Source of the DNA: an uncultured Actinomycetota bacterium
Lineage (GTDB): Bacteria; Actinomycetota; Actinomycetes; Propionibacteriales; Nocardioidaceae
Direction: 5' to 3'
DNA: 64,000 nt
NCBI GenBank assembly: GCA_963797505.1
Contig: CAWCQB010000039.1
Span: forward strand, 307,930-371,929
The notes below the pieces were generated by a model. The model had not been told where the DNA came from. It saw only the letters and a program-made list of their open reading frames with translations, and ran no database searches. Made by a program: the position numbers and the translations under genes. Shown one piece after another: positions 29,674 to 40,818 of this stretch. The stretch's first letter is position 1; every line of letters starts with the position of its first letter.

Positions 29674-30222
29674 GTGGACGGGTACGGCGCGACGCGAGCG
29701 CTCGCCGCGGTGGGAGCCTCGGTGGTGGCGGTGCTTGCCACCCTGACCCTCCCCCACGTCCTCTCCGCGCAAGGTCCCGGCGGGCCCACCGTGCCGCAGC
29801 GCCCGACGCCCACGCGCACACCCGATGCCCCCGGCACGCGGACCTGGCAACAGGTGAAGTGCGCCCCGCACGTCGAGGACGGCTGCGCCGCGCCGGACTC
29901 GATCGACCACGCCGGCCTGCTGCTCCAGAGCATCGGCGGACGACGGCTGATCTGGCGCGACGGCCCGGGCGCCCAGGCGGCACTCGAGATGAACGTCCCG
30001 CGTTCGAAGGGTTTCCGGTGGGTGCTCGCCGGAGGCAGGTACACCGGTGGCGCGGCGCACCTCGTGGTGGTGATCGGACATGGACCGCCCCTGTCCATCC
30101 CGCCCGACCGGCTGAGCCTGTTCGCGCTGCACGGTCACGCCCCGGTCACCGTCAGGGTCACCGACTTCGGCAAGCCGTTCGACGGGGAGGTGCTGCGCAT
30201 CGAGGAGTACGTCGTGCGCTAG
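29674..30222 (+). CDS. Membrane-anchored/secreted paralog of the preceding protein
   Basis: N-terminal hydrophobic segment, P/T linker, WQQVKCAPHVEDGCAAP, C-terminal EVLRIEEY. Confidence 0.7.
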   Translation: MDGYGATRALAAVGASVVAVLATLTLPHVLSAQGPGGPTVPQRPTPTRTPDAPGTRTWQQVKCAPHVEDGCAAPDSIDHAGLLLQSIGGRRLIWRDGPGAQAALEMNVPRSKGFRWVLAGGRYTGGAAHLVVVIGHGPPLSIPPDRLSLFALHGHAPVTVRVTDFGKPFDGEVLRIEEYVVR

Positions 30223-30855
30223 CTCGACGGAACCACCCGGTCGAAGTAGGCCGCGATGTCCTCGTCGCTCCACTGCCGCGACTCGCGCAGGCCGTCGGCG
30301 AGCATCGCGAGGTACGCCGGGGACGGCTCGTTGTGCTCGACGTGGTCGAGGCCGTGCGGCGCGGTGAAGGTCAGCATCGGCACCCCTTCGAGCCGGCCCA
30401 CCTCCACCAGCGTCTCGTAGTGCCCGGGTCCGACGTGGTGGCGTCCGCCGTCGATGCCGTCGACGACCACCTCGACGAGGGGGTCGCCCGGCTGGGGGAC
30501 GCGGTACATCTCCTGGGCCGCGATGTCGGCGAACTGGTGCGCGGTGATCAGGTAGGCGCGCCCAGCGGTGGGACCACCCTCGGCGTCGTGGTCGTAGAAG
30601 GCCACGCCCCCGTGCCACTGGCGCGAGTCACCGGCGAAGTACAACGCGCCGGGCAGGTCGACGGGAACGCTGCGCCGCGGCGGCGTGGGGTCGTGCGCAC
30701 CCGGGTTCGCGGCGCTGCCACCGGGTGGGACGCCACCCTCCAGGTACGCCGAGAGTCGCGTCCCGCGACATGTTCGAGCCGTAGCTGACGTACCAGACGT
30801 CGCCCTCACGGGGCAGTGGCTGCGCGGGCGGCTCGTCGCTGTCCTCGGTCGGCAT
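30219..30855 (-). CDS. Gamma-glutamylcyclotransferase-like protein (frameshift near 30765)
   Basis: VWYVSYGSNM N-terminal motif; GRAYLITAHQFADIAAQEM; PSPAYLAML. Confidence 0.65.
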
Positions 30856-30953
30856 CAGGCGGAGGTTACTAGCCGAGGTTGTCGATTCGGCGGGCCGTCG
30901 TACGTCATCTCATCGAGGGCCTCCACCCGGGGACCCACGACCAAGGAGGAACC

Positions 30954-31304
30954 ATGGGCCACCCCATCGTGCACGCAGAGATCCGTTCGGCCGACCCGGA
31001 CGCCACCCGCAGCTTCTTCGGCGAGCTGTTCGGCTGGACCTACCCGACCGAGGGTGCCTTCCCGGGCTACACCTTCGTCGACACCGGCGTCCCGGACGCC
31101 CTGTACACCGCGATCAGCCCGCTCCAGGGCGACGAGGACCTGGTCACGTTCTTCGTCGGCGTCGAGGACATCGAGACCTCGATGAAGGAGGCCGCCCGAC
31201 TCGGCGGCCGCGTGGTCCAGGAGCCGATGACGGTTCCCGGCGTCTCCTTCGGGCTGATCGCCGACCCGCAGGGCCACGTCGTGGGGCTGGCCCAGCAGCT
31301 CTGA
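30954..31304 (+). CDS. VOC/glyoxalase family protein
   Basis: HAEIRSAD, FFGELFGW, ADPQGHVVGL; AGGAGG RBS. Confidence 0.9.
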   Translation: MGHPIVHAEIRSADPDATRSFFGELFGWTYPTEGAFPGYTFVDTGVPDALYTAISPLQGDEDLVTFFVGVEDIETSMKEAARLGGRVVQEPMTVPGVSFGLIADPQGHVVGLAQQL

Positions 31305-31308
31305 GACC

Positions 31309-32747
31309 TCAGGCCGGCTGCTTCTCGGCCTCGGCCGACGAGCTCCTCGGCCTCCTCGGTGGACTGCGCCGCCGGCGCGGAACCCCACATGTGTCGGCCG
31401 TTCGGCTCCGTGATCGCCCAGACCGAGGCGCAGCCGATCAGGCCGGCGATGATCAGGTAGTACGCCGGCCAGTTGAGGTCACCCGTCGCACTCACCAGGG
31501 CACCCACCACGACCGAGGTGGTGCCGGCGAACGCCGAGACGCTGACGTTGAAGCTCACCGACAGCCCGGCACCGCGCACGTCGGTCGGGAACAGCGACGG
31601 CAGCGTCGAGGGCATCGTCGCGCTGAAGCAGATCAGCATCAGGCCCATCAGCAGCAGCCCGAGGAAGATCGAGAACCCGGTCTGGTGGCGGATCAGCAGG
31701 ATCATCGGGAACGCCAGCACCACCAGGCCGACCGACCCGACCCAGGCGATCGGCTTGCGGCCGACGCGGTCCGAGAGCAGGCCCAGCAGCGGGATCAGCA
31801 CCAGCGCGACCGCCATCACCACGATCTGGAGGTACTGCGAGGTCGTCGACGACACCGAGGACCCGCCCTGCATCTTCGGCATGGTGTCGGTGACGTAGGT
31901 CGGCATGTAGGAGGTGAGCATGTAGTTGGTGACGTTCCAGGCCAGCACGAGTCCCATGCAGACCAGCAGGAACGGCCAGAGCTTCCACAGCTTCTTCATC
32001 TCACCGGCGGCGCGGTTCTCCTTCTCGCGCTCCTGGGCCTCGGCCTCGAGCGCGGTGAAGGCCGGGGTGTCCGCCAGCCGGGTGCGCAGGTAGACCCCCA
32101 CGATGCCCAGCGGCAGCGCCACGAAGAACGGCAGTCGCCAGCCCCAGGACAGCAGCTGGTCGTCGCTGAGCTGCGCGTCGGCGACGGTCACGATGATCGC
32201 GCCGAGGATGTAGCCGGTGAAGGTGCCGAACTCCAGCCAGCTGCCGAGGAAGCCGCGCTTGCGGTCCGGGGCGTACTCGGCGATGAACGTCATGGCGTTG
32301 CCGTACTCGCCGCCGGTCGAGAAGCCCTGCACCAGCCGGGCGACCAGCAGCAGGAGCGGGGCGAGCAGCCCGATCTTGTCGGGGCTCGGGATGAGGCCGA
32401 TCGCGAACGTGCCGGCGGCCATCATCAGCATCGTGGTGGCCAGCACCCGGTTGCGGCCGATGCGGTCCGCGAGCGGCCCGAAGAACATGCCGCCGAAGGG
32501 ACGCACCAGGAACGCGACCGCGAACAGCCCGAACGTGGCGATCGTGCCGGCCGTGTCGCCGAGGTCGCTGAAGAAGACCTCCTTGATGGTCGGCTCGAAG
32601 TAGGCGTAGACGCCGAAGTCGTACCACTCGGTGAGGTTGCCGATCGAGGCTGCGCCGATCGCCCTCCGGATCACCGAGGGTTCGGTGACCATCACGTCCT
32701 CGGCGGTCCAGGTCCTGGCTGGGTTCCTGCGGTGTCAACACGGCCAC
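31309..32747 (-). CDS. MFS proline/betaine transporter (ProP-like; frameshifts at both ends)
   Basis: GNLTEWYDFGVY, RPFGG, QGFSTGGEY, WGWRLPF, SDRVGRK. Corrected end ...AEAEKQPA* at 31309. Confidence 0.88.
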
Positions 32748-32867
32748 GCGGGGTGGTCCTCCTCGAGATGGTGGATCAGGACAACTTCACGACCCTGTGT
32801 GTTCTCGACGCCGGAGTCAAACTCGCGCCGCGACATCTGAGACCAGCGCCTGCGTAGAATTGGCCGG

Positions 32868-35022
32868 ATGTCCACGTCGGCCCCACGCACGCTCGCCGAC
32901 CAGCTGCGCGGCTGGTCGGAGCAGCAGCTGTCCGCGCTGCTCGACGCGCGCCCCGACCTGGCCGCACCCGCACCCCACGACTCCTCGCAGCTCGCGGCCC
33001 GGGTGGTGGTGAAGGCGTCCGTCCTGCGTGCGCTCGACGCCCTGGACACCCTCGAGCTCACGGTGCTCCAGGCGATCGTGCAGGACACCGACCCGGCCGC
33101 ACTCGGGGTGGGTGCCGAGGCGGTCGAGCAGGCGCTCGGGCGGTTGCGCACGCTGGCGCTCGTCTGGGGCTCGCCCGACCGGCCGGTCCTCGTCGTCCGC
33201 GAGGTGCTCCGACTGCCGGACGGCCCACCGGCCGAGGAGGTCCCCGGCCTGCTGGAGCGCCTCGAGCCTCCGGCGCGCACGATCCTCGACCACCTCGCCG
33301 AGACGCGGGCCGACGGCCGCTGGAGCGGAGCCGCGGGGCCGACCGCCGACCTGGTCGCCCTCGGACTGCTCGTGCACGTGGACGAGCGGCACGTGCGGCT
33401 GCCCTGGTCGGTGCGCCTCGAGCTGGACGCAGCGGCAGGTCGACGGGTGGACACGCCTCCCGAGCCGGCCACCTCCGAACGGGCGCAGGCGCTGGTCGAC
33501 CGGGCCGCGGCCGGCGCCGCGTTCGAGCTCGTACGACGCACCGAGCTGCTCCTCGACCGATGGGGCACCCATCCCCCGGCCGCGCTGAAGGCGGGCGGTC
33601 TCGGCGTACGCGAGCTGCGTACGACGGCCGCGCTGCTGCACGTCGAGCCGGACGTGGCCGCCCTGGTCATCGAGACCGCCGCTGCGGCCGGGCTCCTCGA
33701 CCAGGGCATGACCGACGACGTGGACGCGGCCTGGCTCCCCACCGACGCCTACGACGCCTGGCTGGTCGCGTCGCCGGCCCACCGCTGGCTCACCCTCGCG
33801 CGGGCCTGGCTGGCCAGCCCCCGACTCGTCTCCGCCGTCGGCGGCCGCATCGGCGACAAGCCCGTCAACGCGCTCTCGCCCGACCTCCCCCGCAGCTGGC
33901 TGGTCGCGCTCCGCCACGACGTGCTGGCCGAGCTCTCCGACCTGCCGGCCGACCGCGCGCTCGCGGTCGGCACCGGCGTCGCGTCCCTGACCCAGCGGCT
34001 GCGCTGGCGCCGGCCGCGCCGCCCGCTGGCCCGGCTCGACCAGGTGGGGCCGTTGCTGGCCGAGGCGGCCCTGCTCGGGATCGCCGGGCTGGACGCGATG
34101 TCGACGTTCGGACGACTGCTCGTCACCGGCGAGGACCCCACCGACGCGCTGGAGCGGCTGCTGCCCGCGCCGGTCGACCACATCCTGCTGCAGGCCGACC
34201 TCACCGCGATCGCCCCCGGACCGCTGGAGCAGGAGCTGGCCCGCAAGCTGTCGCTGGTCGCGGACGTCGAGTCGCGCGGCGGCGCCACCGTCTACCGGTT
34301 CGCCGCGTCCTCGGTGCGACGGGCGTTCGACGCCGGGTGGTCCGCCGCCGAGGTGCACGACTTCGTCGCCTCGACCTCGCGGACGCCGGTGCCACAGTCG
34401 CTCAGCTACCTCGTCGACGACGTGTCCCGCCGGTTCGGGACCCTGCGTGCCGGTCACGCCGAGTCGTTCCTGCGCAGCGACGACGAGACCGCGCTGACCG
34501 AGCTCGTGCACGCGCCCGGCGCCGAGTCGCTGCGGCTGCGCCGGATCGCGCCGACCGTGGTGGTCTCCGACGTACCGCTCGGCACCCTGCTCCCGCGCAT
34601 CCGCGAGCTCGGCCTGGCGCCGGTCGTCGAGGCGGTCGACGGCACCGTGCGGGTGGCCCGGCCCGACGTGTTCCGGGCACGGTCCACGCGTCGTACGCCG
34701 GCCGGAGCGGGTGCCCGCACCGCCGCCCGCACCGCGGCGGTCGTCTCCGCGATCCGGGTCGGCGACCGGTCGACCGCGGGCCGGCCGACCCGCGGCGCCA
34801 GCGCGTCCACGCCCACCGACGTGATCGCGATGCTGCGCCAGGCCGCCGAGGCCCGCGAGCAGCTGGTCATCGGCTACGTCGGCAACGACGGCACCGTCGC
34901 CGAGCGGATGGTCACCCCCGAACGCGTGGAGGGCGGCACCGTCACCGGCGTACGACGAGCGCAGCGACTCCCAACGCTCGTTCGCGCTCCACCGGATCAC
35001 CGCCGTCAGCCGACCGGGCTAG
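32868..35022 (+). CDS. XPB-associated helicase_C_3 / WYL-like domain protein (Rv0862c-like)
   Basis: LLDARPDL, ILLQADLTAIAPGPL, VESRGGATVYRF, VPQSLSYLVDDV; corrected end RSFALHRITAV after a frameshift near 34950. Confidence 0.9.
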
Positions 35023-35032
35023 CGTGGCGCTG

Positions 35033-35722
35033 ATGCGCACGATCGGACTGCTCGGCGGGATGAGCTGGGAGTCCACGGCCATCTACTACCGGCTGGCCAA
35101 CGAGCTCGTCCGCGAGCGCCTCGGCGGGCTGCACTCCGCCCGCCTGCTGATGCTCTCGGTCGACTTCGCCCCCATCGAGGAGATGCAGGTCGACGGCCGG
35201 TGGGACGAGGCCGGCGAGCTGCTGGCCGCCGAGGCGCGCCGGCTCGAGGCCGGCGGCGCGGACCTGCTGGTGCTCTGCACCAACACCATGCACAAGGTGG
35301 CCGACACCGTCCAGGAGGCCGTCTCGATCCCGCTGCTGCACCTCGGCGACGCGACGGCCGACGCCGTCCGCGAGGCCGGGCTCACCACCGTCGGGCTGCT
35401 GGCGACCGGGTTCACCATGTCGCAGGACTTCTACCGCGACCGGCTGGAGTCCCACGGCCTGACGGTGCTGGTGCCGTCCGCCGAGGACCAGGCGATGGTG
35501 CACCGGGTCATCTACGACGAGCTCTGCCTCGGTGTCGTCCGCGACGAGTCGCGCGCGGCGTACGTCGAGGTCGTCGACCGGCTCGTCGCGCAGGGAGCCG
35601 AGGGCGTCATCCTCGGGTGCACCGAGATCGAGATGCTGATCGGTCCGGACGACCTCGACGTCCCCTCGTTCCCGACCACCCGGATCCACGTCGAGGCGGC
35701 CCTGGACGCTGCGCTGGGATGA
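35033..35722 (+). CDS. Aspartate/glutamate racemase family protein
   Basis: IGLLGGMSWEST, LCTNTMH and ILGCTEI (two catalytic Cys). Confidence 0.95.
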   Translation: MRTIGLLGGMSWESTAIYYRLANELVRERLGGLHSARLLMLSVDFAPIEEMQVDGRWDEAGELLAAEARRLEAGGADLLVLCTNTMHKVADTVQEAVSIPLLHLGDATADAVREAGLTTVGLLATGFTMSQDFYRDRLESHGLTVLVPSAEDQAMVHRVIYDELCLGVVRDESRAAYVEVVDRLVAQGAEGVILGCTEIEMLIGPDDLDVPSFPTTRIHVEAALDAALG

Positions 35723-35759
35723 AAGTTCCCAAAGCGGGCGGCAGCCGTAGCCTGAGCCC

Positions 35760-36215
35760 ATGGGGTTCGGGGACTGGGAGGACGTGCAGGCCGCGCTGCT
35801 GCTCGCTCTCGGTCTGCTCGCGGAGGGCGAGTTCCTGATCCTGGGCGAGCCCACGGCCGACCCGCTGCCGAAGCGCGGGCTCTTCGGCCGGCGTGCCAAG
35901 CCGGCGGCCACGCGCTACGTCCAGGTGCTGCGCATCGAGGACCTCTACACCGCCGAGTGCGTCGGGGCCACGTCGCTGGGCGGCACCTGGGAGATGAGCC
36001 AGGGCTCGATCGATCGGCTGCTCTCGCTGGGCTGGCGCAGCCCCGAGGAGACCACGCGCGAGTTCGACACCGTCGTCCCCAACTTCGACATGTACGTCGC
36101 CCTCACCGCGGCCCCCACGCTCTGCGAGCTGCTCGTCGCCAGCCTGCGTCATCTCGGCGCTCGCCCGGAGGACCTCACCCTTCAGACGTCCCAGTACGAC
36201 CGACCAGGTCCGTAG
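35760..36215 (+). CDS. Hypothetical protein, possibly TY-Chap (YbjN-like chaperone) fold
   Basis: RYVQVLR...AECVG...LLSLGWRSP...NF pattern; TAGCCT-N6-ATG. Confidence 0.55.
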   Translation: MGFGDWEDVQAALLLALGLLAEGEFLILGEPTADPLPKRGLFGRRAKPAATRYVQVLRIEDLYTAECVGATSLGGTWEMSQGSIDRLLSLGWRSPEETTREFDTVVPNFDMYVALTAAPTLCELLVASLRHLGARPEDLTLQTSQYDRPGP

Positions 36216-36227
36216 GGTTGGTCCGTT

Positions 36228-37895
36228 ATGAATGACGGCCCCCTCATCGTCCAGTCGGACAAGACCCTCCTGCTCGAGGTCGACCACGAGCAGGCCGACG
36301 CCTGCCGCAAGGCGATCGCGCCCTTCGCCGAGCTCGAGCGCAGCCCCGAGCACATCCACACCTACCGGCTGACCCCGCTCGGGCTGTGGAACGCGCGCGC
36401 CGCCGGCCACGACGCCGAGCAGGTCGTCAACGTGCTGCTCACCTTCAGCCGCTACGCCGTGCCGCACGCACTGCTGGTCGACGTGGCCGAGACGATGGCG
36501 CGCTACGGGCGGCTGCGGCTCGACAAGCACCCCACCCACGGGCTCGTGCTCGCGAGCAACGACCGCGCCGTGTTCGAGGAGGTGGCCCGCAGCAAGAAGG
36601 TCGCCGGCATGCTCGGCGAGCGCCTCGACGACCAGCCCGAGGCCGAGGGCGGCGCGGTCGCCGTGCACCCCAGCCAGCGCGGCAACCTCAAGCAGGCGTT
36701 GCTCAAGCTCGGCTGGCCGGCGGAGGACTTCGCGGGCTACGTCGACGGCGAGGCCCACGCGATCAAGCTCGACGAGACCGAGTGGACCCTGCGCGCCTAC
36801 CAGCAGGAGGCGGCCGACTCGTTCTGGCACGGCGGGTCCGGGGTCGTCGTACTCCCCTGTGGCGCGGGCAAGACCCTGGTCGGCGCGGCCGCGATGGCCC
36901 GCGCCCAGGCGACGACGCTGATCCTGGTCACCAACACCGTGAGCGCACGGCAGTGGAAGTCCGAGCTCGTACGACGCACCAGCCTGACCGAGGAGGAGAT
37001 CGGGGAGTACAGCGGCGCCCGGAAGGAGATCCGGCCCGTCACGATCGCGACGTACCAGGTGCTCACCATGCGCCGGAAGGGCGTCTACCCCCACCTCGAG
37101 CTGCTCGACGCGCGCGACTGGGGCCTGATCGTCTACGACGAGGTGCACCTGCTGCCCGCCCCGATCTTCCGGATGACCGCCGACCTGCAGGCGCGCCGCC
37201 GGATCGGCCTGACCGCCACCCTGGTGCGCGAGGACGGCCGCGAGGGCGACGTGTTCAGCCTGATCGGCCCGAAGCGCTACGACGCGCCCTGGAAGGACAT
37301 CGAGAGCCAGGGCTGGATCGCGCCCGCCGACTGCGTCGAGGTGCGGGTCACCCTGCCCGAGGGCGAGCGGCTGGCCTACGCGACCGCCGACCCCGACGAG
37401 CGCTACCGGCTCGCCGCCTGCACCCACGCCAAGACGCTCGTCGCCGAGCAGCTGGTCAAGCAGCACGCGGGCGAGCCGACGCTGGTGATCGGCCAGTACC
37501 TCGACCAGCTCGACGAGCTCGCCGAGCACCTCGACGCGCCCGTCATCAAGGGCGACACCACCGTCAAGGAGCGCGAGCGGCTCTACGAGGCGTTCCGCAC
37601 CGGCGAGCTGGACCTGCTCGTGGTCTCCAAGGTCGCCAACTTCTCCGTCGACCTCCCGGGTGCGGCGGTGGCGATCCAGGTCTCGGGGAGCTTCGGCTCC
37701 CGCCAGGAGGAGGCGCAGCGCCTCGGCCGGCTGCTGCGGCCCAAGGAGAAGGGGCCCGACGGCACCCAGAAGCCCGCGCGGTTCTACGCGATCGTCAGCC
37801 GCGACACCGTCGACGCCGACTTCGCCCAGAACCGGCAGCGCTTCCTCGCCGAGCAGGGCTACGCCTATCGCATCGTGGATGCGGCCGATCTGTGA
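36228..37895 (+). CDS. DNA repair helicase XPB (Ercc3/Rad25-like)
   Basis: GPLIVQSDKTLLLEVDH, Walker A LPCGAGKT, DEVH, GLTATLVREDG, QRLGRLLR. Confidence 0.96.
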   Translation: MNDGPLIVQSDKTLLLEVDHEQADACRKAIAPFAELERSPEHIHTYRLTPLGLWNARAAGHDAEQVVNVLLTFSRYAVPHALLVDVAETMARYGRLRLDKHPTHGLVLASNDRAVFEEVARSKKVAGMLGERLDDQPEAEGGAVAVHPSQRGNLKQALLKLGWPAEDFAGYVDGEAHAIKLDETEWTLRAYQQEAADSFWHGGSGVVVLPCGAGKTLVGAAAMARAQATTLILVTNTVSARQWKSELVRRTSLTEEEIGEYSGARKEIRPVTIATYQVLTMRRKGVYPHLELLDARDWGLIVYDEVHLLPAPIFRMTADLQARRRIGLTATLVREDGREGDVFSLIGPKRYDAPWKDIESQGWIAPADCVEVRVTLPEGERLAYATADPDERYRLAACTHAKTLVAEQLVKQHAGEPTLVIGQYLDQLDELAEHLDAPVIKGDTTVKERERLYEAFRTGELDLLVVSKVANFSVDLPGAAVAIQVSGSFGSRQEEAQRLGRLLRPKEKGPDGTQKPARFYAIVSRDTVDADFAQNRQRFLAEQGYAYRIVDAADL

Positions 37896-37921
37896 CCGGG
37901 ACCCCCTCGTAGGCTTGCTCG

Positions 37922-39130
37922 GTGACCAAGCACGAAGTCCTTCTCCTCGAGAACATCCACCCCGCGGCGACGGAGGTCTTCGAGCGCAACGGCTTCGTCG
38001 TACACACCCTGTCCAGCTCGCTGGGTGAGGACGACCTGATCGAGGCCCTCCAGGGCAAGACCATGGTCGGCATCCGCTCGAACACCAAGGTGACCGAGCG
38101 CGTCCTCGACCAGTCCCCCGACCTGCTGGCCGTCGGCGCGTTCTGCATCGGCACCAACCAGATCGACCTGGCAGCCGCGGCACAGCGCGGCATCGCGGCC
38201 TTCAACGCGCCGTACTCCAACACCCGCAGCGTGGTGGAGCTGGTCATCGGCGAGATCATCGCGCTGGCGCGACGGCTGCCGGAGAAGACCCAGCGGATGC
38301 ACGACGGCATCTGGGACAAGTCGGCGCAGGGCAGCCACGAGGTGCGTGGCCGCACGCTGGGCATCGTCGGCTACGGCAACATCGGCACCCAGCTCTCCAA
38401 CCTCGCGGAGGCGCTCGGCTTCCGGGTGATCTTCTTCGACACCGCCGACCGGCTCGCCCACGGCAACGCCCGCCGGGTGGGCACGCTCGACGAGCTGCTC
38501 GAGAAGGCCGACGTGGTCTCGCTGCACGTCGACGGCCGTCCCGGCAACGCGGGCCTGTTCGGCGCCGAGCAGTTCGCGAAGATGAAGCCGCGCTCGATGT
38601 TCATCAACGCCTCGCGCGGCATGGTCGTCGACGACATCGCGCTGCGCGAGAACATCCTCTCCGGCCACATCGCCGGCGCCGCGCTCGACGTGTTCCCGGT
38701 CGAGCCGAAGGCGCAGGGCGACGAGTTCGAGTCCGCGCTGCGCGGCCTGCCCAACGTGATCCTCACGCCGCACGTCGGCGGCTCGACGCAGGAGGCGCAG
38801 GAGGAGATCGGCTACTTCGTCTCCGGCAAGCTCTCGTCGTTCGCCCACGGTGGCAGTACGGCGCTGTCGGTGAACCTGCCCGAGGTCGCCGCCCCCCGCC
38901 TCGAGAGCGGGTTCCGGGTCGCGCTGCTGCACCACAACATCCCGGGCGTGCTCGCCTCGGTGAACCAGGTGTTCGCCGACCAGCAGGCCAACGTCACCGC
39001 GCAGTACCTCGCGACCCGCGGCGAGCAGGGACTCGTGGTCACCGACGTGGACGCCGAGCTGCCGGAGAGCGTGCTCGACGGCCTGCGGTCGGGCGACTCC
39101 ACGATCTGGCTGCGGACCTACGTCGCCTGA
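37922..39130 (+). CDS. serA: D-3-phosphoglycerate dehydrogenase (402 aa, C-terminal ACT domain)
   Basis: LLLENIH, FCIGTNQ, NAPYSNTRSVVE, GYGNIG, TPHVGGST, HHNIPGVL. Confidence 0.93.
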   Translation: MTKHEVLLLENIHPAATEVFERNGFVVHTLSSSLGEDDLIEALQGKTMVGIRSNTKVTERVLDQSPDLLAVGAFCIGTNQIDLAAAAQRGIAAFNAPYSNTRSVVELVIGEIIALARRLPEKTQRMHDGIWDKSAQGSHEVRGRTLGIVGYGNIGTQLSNLAEALGFRVIFFDTADRLAHGNARRVGTLDELLEKADVVSLHVDGRPGNAGLFGAEQFAKMKPRSMFINASRGMVVDDIALRENILSGHIAGAALDVFPVEPKAQGDEFESALRGLPNVILTPHVGGSTQEAQEEIGYFVSGKLSSFAHGGSTALSVNLPEVAAPRLESGFRVALLHHNIPGVLASVNQVFADQQANVTAQYLATRGEQGLVVTDVDAELPESVLDGLRSGDSTIWLRTYVA

Positions 39131-39136
39131 GCCCCG

Positions 39137-40736
39137 TCAGCGGTGGCGCTGCGCGCTGAGCAGCGCCTGGCGCAGCAGCGGTGAGAGCCGGTCCTGGCCG
39201 GAGGGGGTCGTCGTACGTCCCCAGACGCCGTTGGGCGAGGGCGGCAGCAGCCGCGGGCAGCGCCGGTCGGCGCGGTTGCCCGGGAGCCGGGTCGGCACCA
39301 GGCCGGTGCGCAGGTAGCTGCTGACGGTGTTGTCCACGCACGGCACGCCGGACAGCGAGCTCGCGTGGGTGGTCCCGTTGACGCCGGCGACCAGCGAGGC
39401 GGTCGGGAACAGGCGGCGCACGGCCAGCGCGCCGGAGTACGGCGTGGCCGCGTCGCGGGTCTCGCTGATCAGCAGGATCTTCGAGCTCGACCGAGCTGCC
39501 GCGTCACGCCGAGGCGACGGTGCGCCGGCGTCTTCCAGGCCAGGCACGGCGCGTTGTACCAGGTGTTGCCCCAGGTCAGGAACGGCGCGCGCCGGTGCAC
39601 CGCCCAGCTCGACGCGCGGGTGCGGGCCCAGTTGGGCCAGGGGGCGTCGGAGCACTGCACCGCGTTGTACATCGCGAAGCTGTTGTCGTCGCCCATGTTG
39701 GCGTCGCGGTAGAGCGCGGCGAGCGTGCCGCCGCGGTGCTTGCGCACGAGTGCCGAGTAGGCCAGCCCGAGGTCGACCCAGTTGTAGACGTAGTAGCCGG
39801 CGTCCAGCATCGCGTCGGCGAGCTCGTCGGGGCCGAGGCGGCCGTTGGCGGCGGGCTTGCGGTCGAGGCGCTTCAGCTCCTTGTAGTAGCCCGCCTTGAT
39901 GGCCCGCCAGCGCTTGCCGAGGTGGAAGGCGCCGGGGTGGCGGGCGACGTACTGCCAGAACACGTTCATGTTCCGGTCGAAGGCGCGGTCCTGGTCGAGG
40001 TTGGCGGCGTACCAGACGCGGCTCGGGTTCACCACGCCGTCGAGGACGAAGCGACCGACCCGGCTGGGGTAGCGGGTCGCGTAGACCTCACCGAGGTAGG
40101 TGCCGTAGGAGAAGCCGTAGTAGCTGATCTTGTCGACCCCGAGCGCCTGCCGGATCAGGTCCATGTCGCGCACGGTGTCCAGCGTGGTCAGGTGCGGCAG
40201 CAGGGCGCGCTTGGCGGCGGTGTTGGCGCACGCGGCGGCGTACGCGCGGCTGCGGGCCAGCCAGGAGCGGGTGATCGCGGCCGACTTCGGCACGTAGCTG
40301 GGCCGGTTCCAGGTGAAGAAGCGCCGCGAGCAGTGCAGCGACGGCGAGCTCGCGCCGACGCCGCGCGGGTCGAAGCCGATCCAGTCGTACGTCGACCCCA
40401 CGTCGCCCGGCACGTAGTCGCTCAGCGAGGGCATCGACAGGCCGGAGCCGCCGGGGCCACCGGGGTTGACCAGCAACGCGCCGTTGTACGTCGCACGAGG
40501 TGTGCTCGCGCCGGGTGAGGGCGAGCCGGATGCGTGGGTCCGGTCGGGTTGTCGTGGTCGCGCGGCACCGCCAGGCTGCCGCACTCCAGGCCCAGGTAGT
40601 CGAGCTCGGGGTCCGAGCAGGCGTGCCAGCTGATGGTCCCGACGGCGGCCGCGGCGGGCGCCTGCGTGGCCGCCGGGACGCTGACCAGCCCCAGGACGAC
40701 GAGTACCGCAGAGGCGATCGCAGGCAGGCGAAGCAC
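39137..40736 (-). CDS. Secreted alpha/beta hydrolase (TAP-like peptidase; frameshifted)
   Basis: Signal peptide, NPGGPGGSG, GFDPRGVG, GFSYG nucleophile, DAATPY, TTH. Confidence 0.9.
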
Positions 40737-40818
40737 GTGGGCACCTTTCGGGAGCGTGGTGAGCAGGACCGACGCCCGTGCAGCATCCCTCCCCGGACGG
40801 TCGCTGTCCAGTTCGGGG

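Noticed and set aside
30219-30855. Histone deacetylase (a label I recall being applied to this family)
   Set aside because: No HDAC motifs; the YGSNM loop points to a gamma-glutamylcyclotransferase-like fold.
35033-35722. Racemase as the nickel-pincer client of LarE
   Set aside because: It is a cofactor-independent two-cysteine racemase, not a LarA-family enzyme.
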